A stretch of 63,156 bases of DNA from Gekko japonicus (Eukaryota): assembly GCF_001447785.1 (NCBI RefSeq), contig NW_015171584.1:38547-101702 (forward strand), in the 5' to 3' direction. Numbering within the stretch: the stretch's first letter is position 1; every line of letters starts with the position of its first letter. The position numbers and the translations under genes are program-made. The notes beneath the pieces are model-generated. The model did no database searches, had not been told where the DNA came from, and worked only from the letters and a program-made list of their open reading frames with translations. Below are positions 62,829 to 63,156 of this stretch, in pieces.

Positions 62829-62966
62829 GGTCAACAGTGGGAGGGCTTCTAATGTCCTGGCCCCACTGGTGGACCTCCTGATGGCACTGGTATTTCTGGC
62901 CACTGTGTGATACAGAGTGTTGGAATGGATGGGCCTTTGGCCTGATCCAACATTGGTGTCTCTTAT
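62829..62966 (+). mobile_element. CR1 3' UTR fragment
   Basis: Near-identical to 44806-44940. Confidence 0.7.
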
Positions 62967-63156
62967 CTCTCCCTTATATATAAAGCCGTAGTCGGCTCCA
63001 ATGTTCCAAATGCACACCTTTAGTGTTTGACCACAAGAACTGTCAGTCAGAAGACGCTGGCTGGGTTGACTGGCTGCGTTGTGCAGTCCAGCCCAGCGTT
63101 TCAAGGTCTTTTGCATATGGAAGCTGATTGGACTTCACTCCATTCCACACCTCAAA

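Overview
Vertebrate genomic DNA, most likely from a squamate reptile (probably a gecko or other lizard), judged from the Sauria SINEs, 5S-derived SINEs and BovB, CR1, L2, RTE-X and Penelope remnants. The window is part of a class II (OR10-like) olfactory receptor cluster. It holds four intact single-coding-exon ORs (29844-30773 -, 45185-46114 -, 55064-55990 +, 61780-62733 -), one 3'-truncated OR (8306-9028 +) and one OR 3' remnant (~57510). Three tandem 8-13 kb paralogous units (A ~16263-29010, B ~29230-41350, C ~44510-52180) each carry the same OR 5' region. The most unusual structure is a ~7.2 kb vomeronasal type-2 receptor (V2R) fragment (exons 1-4, - strand, pseudogenised). It sits where unit A's OR coding exon should be, has a strong splice acceptor facing the OR 5' region, and cuts off the neighbouring + strand OR at its other end. 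Other notable items: a retrovirus-like pol with two RNase H domains; a Penelope-derived 234-bp palindrome carrying two degenerate hammerhead ribozymes; a young composite SINE (Sauria head + unknown GC-rich body + L2-type tail); a TSD-flanked RTE-X LINE whose RT is replaced by foreign DNA; gene-conversion-like identity blocks between two ORs; and a templated inverted insertion. There is a 266-N assembly gap at 7641-7906. All repeat-family names come from motif recognition by eye, not from database searches.
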